Both the position numbers and the translations under genes were made by a program. A stretch of DNA of 64,000 nt, taken from NCBI GenBank assembly GCA_964484465.1, contig CAZAFL010000003.1, positions 11,731 through 75,730 on the forward strand. Direction: 5' to 3'. The notes under the pieces were generated by a model. That model did not search any database and was not told the DNA's origin. It saw only the letters and a list, made by a program, of their open reading frames with translations. The DNA comes from an uncultured Chlorobiaceae bacterium (GTDB lineage Bacteria; Bacteroidota; Ignavibacteria; UBA10030; SZUA-254). Positions 58,369-64,000 of the stretch are shown piece after piece (positions within the stretch are counted from its first letter, which is position 1; each line of letters begins with the position of its first letter).

Positions 58369-59403
58369 ATGGGTACATTTACCCTCAACGAATCGTTACT
58401 TGCAAGCCTTAATATACTCCCGAGAGCTATCTATGATGCCTTCCCTGCTGTATTATTCGGCAGGATGCTTGTCATTTCAACCAGGCTGGGTGTATTCGAC
58501 ACCCTTGATGAACAGGCACAAACCTGCAGTGAGCTCGCCCGCCGTCTGAAGGTCCACCCAAAAGGAATGGCACTCATCTGCGATGCTCTCACCGCATCTC
58601 ATTATCTTAAGAAACATGGAGAAAAATATTCCCTATCCGCACAATCAAAAAAATGGCTTGTTCAGTCCTCTCCTTCATATCTCGGAAACTTTTTTGCATA
58701 TATAGACCTTCTCTATTCACATTGGCTAAACCTCGAAGAAACCTTGAAACAGGGTAAACCCCCAACGACCTATGTTCAATCCTTCAATGAGAACGAATGG
58801 AAAATATACACATCAGGCATGATGGACCTTGCAAAATTATTATTGCCTTACCTCATTCCGAAGATCGACATCCCTGTTCATGCCCGGTCGCTTCTTGACG
58901 TCGGAGGTTCCCACGGGTTGTATGCCATGGAAGTGTGCAAGAGACACCCCTTGCTACACGCGACCATTGCCGACTTTCCTCAGGTCCTCGCCATCACTCA
59001 ACAGTTCGTTCACGAACATCACGTTGAAAACCGCGTAGCTCTGATGCCTTGCGATCTGACAACAACAGCCTTCGAGCCGGAAAAGTATGACGTTGTCTTT
59101 GTGTTCAACATTGTCCACGGTTTTAACCATGAAACCAACAAAAAGTTATTCTCTGTCATTTCATCTTCACTGAAACCGCAAGGGGTGGTGTACATTATGG
59201 ATCAATTCAAAGAAAGTCGTGCATCCGGTGTTCGGCGTCTGCTACCTCTTATGGTCGGATTAAACCTGCTCAACGAAATCGGCGGGAATGTCTACACGTT
59301 CCAGGAAATTAAGGCGATCTGTACAGATGCAGGACTATCCCCTGTCAAACTCACCCGACTAATTACTCCCGGTGTAAGCCTCATAACAGCGAAGCGAGGA
59401 TAA
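58369..59403 (+). CDS. Class I SAM-dependent O-methyltransferase (family 2, with dimerisation domain)
   Basis: SAM-binding motif LLDVGGSHGLYAMEV and N-terminal winged-helix dimerisation region. Confidence 0.7.
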   Translation: MGTFTLNESLLASLNILPRAIYDAFPAVLFGRMLVISTRLGVFDTLDEQAQTCSELARRLKVHPKGMALICDALTASHYLKKHGEKYSLSAQSKKWLVQSSPSYLGNFFAYIDLLYSHWLNLEETLKQGKPPTTYVQSFNENEWKIYTSGMMDLAKLLLPYLIPKIDIPVHARSLLDVGGSHGLYAMEVCKRHPLLHATIADFPQVLAITQQFVHEHHVENRVALMPCDLTTTAFEPEKYDVVFVFNIVHGFNHETNKKLFSVISSSLKPQGVVYIMDQFKESRASGVRRLLPLMVGLNLLNEIGGNVYTFQEIKAICTDAGLSPVKLTRLITPGVSLITAKRG

Positions 59404-59404
59404 T

Positions 59405-61096
59405 TTAATTACCAACAATGAAGTCGCGTTTTTGAGAATACTCCCCCGCGACCAGCAAGCAGGTATAGTTTCCTTTCTTAAGATTTGAAACATTCGTCGC
59501 TGCGATATATCGTCCCGCCTCCTGTACTGAATCCACGATATTCATGACCTCATTATTCGCCATATCCAAAATTTTCAGCAGAACCGGCGATTGCCGTTTA
59601 ATCTCGTATGGAATAAAGACGATCCCATTCGCTGAACCGGGATATTGCTCACCCAGCTTAAACTCAAGCTCATACCGTTTTGCAAGCTCCGCGATTTCGG
59701 GAATAAGCGCCGCGCGTTCCCGCGTCGGTGCACTTTCATTATTTCCTTTATCGAAGGAGCTCACCGCATAATAATATTGAGCCGCAGCAGGGTGGACAAT
59801 GGTGTCGCTGTACATTGTAGCTGCAGAAGTTGTAATCGTCAGAAGATTTTCCGGCGCGAGTACATTCACAGGCGATCGTGACGATCGATAAATATTATAA
59901 TAACGCGCATAATCTCCATCGACTGCACGCGTCGGTTTATCCCACTGAAGGTTGAAGATTCCACCCGTACTACTTCTGACGACAAGATTCTGAGGAGGGT
60001 TTGGAGGAATTGAATCCTTCCATGGCATCGGCGGAATATTTGCAGGATACCTGTACCGCATTCCTACCTCCAGCATGTTTGCAATGTGTTCGTAGCGGAA
60101 AAAGGAATTTCCTGCAGCTCCTGCACAGCGGGAGGTATCGATAAGTTCGGGAATTTGCTCATGAACCTCCGGTTTATATGCACCGATGCCGAGGTACACA
60201 TGACGGCCAAAGGAATGAGTCGACCAGTCTCTGGCCAGCAGACCGAAGTCGGGATTGCCCGACTTCCCTCCTAACTGCCAGTACACCTGCGGCGCAACGT
60301 AGTCATGTTTTCCTTCACGGAGCCATTCACGAGAATCCTGAAAAAGTTCATAGTATCCCTGCAAGCCGCTTGCCCGGGGGAGGTTCGTATAAATCCCGAT
60401 GGGAGCCGAACCTATTTTTAACATTGGCTTTACAGCCGTTGCAGAATCGTAAAATGACCGCACAAATTGATTGATATTCTCTCTTCTCCAATCTTCCTTC
60501 GAGAGTTTCTTTCCGTATCGTTTGTACGTAGATTCGTCGGGGAATGGTTTCCCCGGATATCGAATGAAGTCAAAATGAATGCCGTCAATGTCGTACCGAC
60601 GCACAATCTCCATTCCAATTTCAACTAGATAATTACGAACTGCAGGAATACCGGGGTCTAACCACCATTCATTTTCGATAAGATGAAACCATTCGGGGTG
60701 CCGCAAGATGATATGTTGCGGATTGGATTCCGGAGGCTTCGACTTGCCTGTTCTGGTAAGAAATGCGTTGAACCAAGCATGGACCTCCATTCCCTGTTCG
60801 TGAGCTTCCCGTATGATAAACGCAAGCGGATCCCATCCCGGGTCTTTTCCAAGTGTACCGGTGAGTTGATCTGACCAGGGTTCGGTCCTGGACTTATACA
60901 TCGCATCACCCCGACCACGCGCCTGAAAAAAAATAGTATTAAACCTGGCAGCTTTCAGGTTCATGACGATTTGTTGAAGGGAACGCTTCTGCTGAGCTGT
61001 GTCGAACGTTGTAGGCCAATCAAGCCCGCCGATAGTCGTAACCCAGACGGCCCGAAACTCATGTGTTGTAGGATGAGCACAATCAGTCTGCGACAT
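59405..61096 (-). CDS. Glycoside-hydrolase-like GHL10 (DUF187/YngK-like) family protein
   Basis: N-terminal FRAVWVTT...NTIFFQARGRGDAMY typical of GHL10. The true start is uncertain: a signal-peptide-like in-frame sequence lies upstream of the annotated ATG. Confidence 0.6.
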   Translation of the reverse strand: MSQTDCAHPTTHEFRAVWVTTIGGLDWPTTFDTAQQKRSLQQIVMNLKAARFNTIFFQARGRGDAMYKSRTEPWSDQLTGTLGKDPGWDPLAFIIREAHEQGMEVHAWFNAFLTRTGKSKPPESNPQHIILRHPEWFHLIENEWWLDPGIPAVRNYLVEIGMEIVRRYDIDGIHFDFIRYPGKPFPDESTYKRYGKKLSKEDWRRENINQFVRSFYDSATAVKPMLKIGSAPIGIYTNLPRASGLQGYYELFQDSREWLREGKHDYVAPQVYWQLGGKSGNPDFGLLARDWSTHSFGRHVYLGIGAYKPEVHEQIPELIDTSRCAGAAGNSFFRYEHIANMLEVGMRYRYPANIPPMPWKDSIPPNPPQNLVVRSSTGGIFNLQWDKPTRAVDGDYARYYNIYRSSRSPVNVLAPENLLTITTSAATMYSDTIVHPAAAQYYYAVSSFDKGNNESAPTRERAALIPEIAELAKRYELEFKLGEQYPGSANGIVFIPYEIKRQSPVLLKILDMANNEVMNIVDSVQEAGRYIAATNVSNLKKGNYTCLLVAGEYSQKRDFIVGN

Positions 61097-61368
61097 CGAC
61101 GGCGAGCCGAAGAAACAAACAGTGAGCGTACAAAGCCAGACAACACGTACGAAAGTCGTAGTAATATCAATCGCCTTTGTTAATGAAAAAGAATATAGAA
61201 GAGTACGTTCTGATAAGCAAGTATATTTGCCAATCCTATGCTTTATGTCGAATCGGGATGAGGAAAAATGATTGACTTTGAGGAAAATTTACGTTATATT
61301 TTTCTCCTAAATTCTCGATAAACAAGCCTCATTGTACCAATTTTGAACTAGAAGTGTAAGGACGTTAC

Positions 61369-63252
61369 GTGAAGAAAAATCGCGGCAAGATAGTTATTAT
61401 TCTTATTTCCATCCTGCTTTCTCTCTACTTTCTCTATCCCACGTATAAGGACTATAGTTTCAACAAGGATATACGAAAGCTTTCCGGAACGGATAGTCTA
61501 AAATATTTTGATGAACACGAAAGCGGAATCAGGGATGCACGTCTGAAGCGTATTAAACTGGGTCTTGACTTGCAGGGGGGAATGCGAGTCGTGTTGGAAG
61601 TGAATGTCATTAAACTTCTCGAAGACCTTGCAAAAAACAAAGACGACCAGTTTACTTCGACGATGCAGGAAGTCCGCTCCGAAATAAAAACTGGTGAAGA
61701 GGACCTCATCGATTTACTGCAGAAAAAATTCCAGGCAAAACAAATTCGTCTCAGCCGGTACTACGGCAGCATCCGGGACAGTGACGATGACATTGTAAAA
61801 AAATTACGGGATGAAACTACCAATGCTATCGACCGGGCAATGGAAATCGTCCGGAACCGTGTCGACCAATACGGTGTTTCTGAACCTTCCATTCAGAAAC
61901 AGGGCGGCAGGAGAATCATCGTTGAATTACCGGGCGTCAGTAAAGAAGCAGAGGTGCGGCAATTACTGCAGGGTACTGCACTATTGGAATTCAAATTGCT
62001 TATCGACCCGCAGATTACCCAGAAGATTTATGAATCGATCGATAAGGTAGTCGCCGGAAAGAACCCGAACGATACCACTGGAACCGATACTTCTGCCGCC
62101 ACGGCGACAAACGATACAAGTTCCAAAAAGGATTCCGCTCTGGCTGCCCTTCCCGAGGAACAGCTGAAAGCTGAAAAGAAAGCTGAAAAGGAACATCCTT
62201 TCTTCATGTTGGCAAATCCTTTTCAGCAGGAAGGACAAAACTGGAGCGGCGAGCTGTACAGCACTGAAGAAAACAAAGCCAAAGTTATGCGGATACTCGA
62301 ACAGCCGGAAGTAAAAAAACTTATTCCGTCCGACATGGCGTTTGTCTGGGAAGCAAAACCCCGGTTCATAACGGAGGCAAAAAAGTATTATGCTCTGTAC
62401 GCTGTAAAGAAACAACCGGAGCTGACTGGAGGCGTTATCGTGAACGCTCGTGCGACGATCGACCCCAGTTTCAATACACCTATTGTAACGATGGAGATGA
62501 ACAGCGAGGGTTCCCGGGAATGGGCGCGCATCACGGGCGCCAACATCAACAAGCGAATGGCGATCATCATGGATAATTCCTGTTTCTCTGCTCCTGTCAT
62601 TCGTACAAAAATTACCGGTGGAAACTCTCAGATTGAAGGAATGGCGAATGTGGAAGAGGCAAAGCTGCTGGAAATCGTGCTGAAGGCGGGTGCTCTTCCG
62701 GCTCCCGTTGATATTATTCAACAGGCAACAGTGGGACCCTCATTGGGCGAAGATTCGATTCAAAAGGGTGTTCTGGCAGCGATGCTTGCGCTTGGGCTGA
62801 CTGCAATATTTATGATCGTTTATTACCGCACCGGCGGAACAATGGCGGACATTGCCCTGCTTTTGAATATTCTCTTCGTGCTGGGTGTGCTCGCGGGGTT
62901 CCAGGGAACATTAACGCTTCCTGGCATCGCTGGATTAATTCTGACTGTAGCAATCGCTGTCGATGCCAACGTTCTTATCTATGAGCGCATCCGGGAAGAA
63001 TCGGTAACCGGAAAAACTCTCTCTGCAGCAATTGATGCCGGATATAAACGGGCGTTTACGGCAATTTTTGATTCCAACCTGACGGCATTTATCACCGGCG
63101 TTATTCTTTACCAATTCGGCAGCGGGCCAGTTCAAGGATTTGCTCTGACGCTTATGATCGGCATTGTCGCAAGCGTCTTCAGTGCAGTGGTAGTGAGTCA
63201 TGTCATTATCAACGTCCTGGTCGAACGCGGCAAACACGTCGGTTTCGGATAA
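61369..63252 (+). CDS. secD: Protein translocase subunit SecD
   Basis: N-terminal TM helix, large periplasmic domain (LGLDLQGGMRVVLEV) and C-terminal 6-TM region. GTG start. Confidence 0.85.
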   Translation: MKKNRGKIVIILISILLSLYFLYPTYKDYSFNKDIRKLSGTDSLKYFDEHESGIRDARLKRIKLGLDLQGGMRVVLEVNVIKLLEDLAKNKDDQFTSTMQEVRSEIKTGEEDLIDLLQKKFQAKQIRLSRYYGSIRDSDDDIVKKLRDETTNAIDRAMEIVRNRVDQYGVSEPSIQKQGGRRIIVELPGVSKEAEVRQLLQGTALLEFKLLIDPQITQKIYESIDKVVAGKNPNDTTGTDTSAATATNDTSSKKDSALAALPEEQLKAEKKAEKEHPFFMLANPFQQEGQNWSGELYSTEENKAKVMRILEQPEVKKLIPSDMAFVWEAKPRFITEAKKYYALYAVKKQPELTGGVIVNARATIDPSFNTPIVTMEMNSEGSREWARITGANINKRMAIIMDNSCFSAPVIRTKITGGNSQIEGMANVEEAKLLEIVLKAGALPAPVDIIQQATVGPSLGEDSIQKGVLAAMLALGLTAIFMIVYYRTGGTMADIALLLNILFVLGVLAGFQGTLTLPGIAGLILTVAIAVDANVLIYERIREESVTGKTLSAAIDAGYKRAFTAIFDSNLTAFITGVILYQFGSGPVQGFALTLMIGIVASVFSAVVVSHVIINVLVERGKHVGFG

Positions 63253-63274
63253 TTTATCTCAAAGGAGATTTTGA

Positions 63275-64000
63275 ATGCGGTTTTTCGGTAAAACAAATAT
63301 TGATTTTATGGGGAAACGGAAAATGTGGTACACAGTTTCTGTTTCCGTCATTCTCATTGGATTCCTGTCACTCGGCATCAAAGGTTTTCACTTTGGCATT
63401 GATTTCCTGGGTGGGACGGAACTCATCATCGAATTCTCTCAACCTCCCGACGTCGGCAAAGTCCGCACAATGATGGACAATGCCGGTTTCACCAAAGCTG
63501 AAATCAAGGCGTACGGCGGTGAGAGAAGATTGCTGATACGCACAGAACGTCAGGGGGAAGGAACCAGCATCGGTGATAGGATTAAAGAGGAACTCCAGAA
63601 AACATTCCCGGAATATAACCCGAAAGTTCTGCAGGAACAAAAAATCGGTCCGAAGATAGGCCAGGAACTTCGGCGCAACGCTCTCTATGCCGTCCTTTCA
63701 TCTCTTGTACTTATGGGGCTGTACGTTGCATTCCGGTTTGAGTTTATTTACGGTCTTGGTGCGATCGTGGCTCTTTTCCATGACGTTGCGGTCGCTCTCG
63801 GCTTCGTCTCTCTCATCGACGGACTCACGCCGTATACAAATTTTGAAATTGACCAGAATATGATCGCTGCGTTTCTGACAATCATCGGTCTTTCGATGAA
63901 TGACACCGTAGTGATTTTCGACCGTATTCGCGAAAACAAAAAGATCTACCGTTCCATGGGACTTCAGGACTTGATTAATAAGAGTCTTAATGAAACACTC
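63275..64000 (+). CDS. secF: Protein translocase subunit SecF (3' end outside window)
   Basis: RBS AAAGGAG; MRFFGKTNIDFMGKRKMWYTVSV...GIDFLGGTELII. The frame stays open to the window end. Confidence 0.75.
   Translation, partial: MRFFGKTNIDFMGKRKMWYTVSVSVILIGFLSLGIKGFHFGIDFLGGTELIIEFSQPPDVGKVRTMMDNAGFTKAEIKAYGGERRLLIRTERQGEGTSIGDRIKEELQKTFPEYNPKVLQEQKIGPKIGQELRRNALYAVLSSLVLMGLYVAFRFEFIYGLGAIVALFHDVAVALGFVSLIDGLTPYTNFEIDQNMIAAFLTIIGLSMNDTVVIFDRIRENKKIYRSMGLQDLINKSLNETL

Noticed and set aside
60961-61183. 69-70-aa ORFs on either strand near the 5' end of the GHL10 gene
   Set aside because: They are in different frames from the signal-peptide-like sequence. They are more likely spurious, and the in-frame upstream sequence is the relevant observation.

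Overview
This 64-kb window looks like a chromosomal segment from a Gram-negative FCB-group bacterium (Bacteroidota / Ignavibacteria-like). The evidence for that: four secreted proteins carry C-terminal T9SS type-A sorting domains (NYPNPF...GVYFYRL), and the genome has a full 14-subunit-type complex I (NuoE/F/G present), plus DedA, TamB, SecDF and LPS-heptose genes. Most of the window is housekeeping. The nuo operon is split into nuoGHI at 11.9-15.1 kb and nuoABCDEF at 38.4-42.8 kb. Other core genes are three M16 peptidases, a eukaryotic-type alanine aminotransferase, udk, lysC-nth-heptosyltransferase, split hldE, tamB, rnr, secD and a partial secF, and one tRNA-Ala(GGC). No IS elements, integrases or CRISPR arrays were seen. 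Two accessory-looking modules stand out. (1) At 19.9-23.8 kb a monocistronic gene has its own promoter region, a perfect 17-bp palindrome and a terminator. It encodes a signal-anchored peptide with four exact 13-aa tandem repeats (KAGLSMIPDSPRP) whose DNA copies differ only at synonymous sites. It sits between a polytopic membrane protein plus a GAFTGA-less AAA+ EBP-like regulator (divergent) and a PDZ-less site-2 (M50) intramembrane protease. (2) At 23.9-29.2 kb a five-gene operon with overlapping stop/start codons encodes a lipoprotein with three Ig-like repeats, a BNR-repeat T9SS-type cargo protein, two tandem paralogous FadL/PorV/PorP-like outer-membrane barrels and a periplasmic thioredoxin-fold protein. 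This may be a cargo-dedicated secretion/shuttle module. Smaller items follow. The window opens inside a HerA-like ATPase gene. An unannotated 44-aa hydrophobic ORF upstream of lysC has a near-consensus sigma70 promoter and intrinsic terminator and resembles a type-I-toxin-like peptide. A small PSCyt1-like lipoprotein carries a CX4CH motif instead of CXXCH. A perfect 20-bp hairpin sits at the nuoI truncation point. A family of giant T9SS cargo paralogs shares a conserved uncharacterised ~550-aa module. A TatT/TatP(T)-type TRAP binding-protein pair has no permease. Coordinates follow the supplied ORF track, with starts trimmed where an internal Met plus RBS or gene overlap argued for it. All functional calls rest on motif recognition by eye, not on searches.
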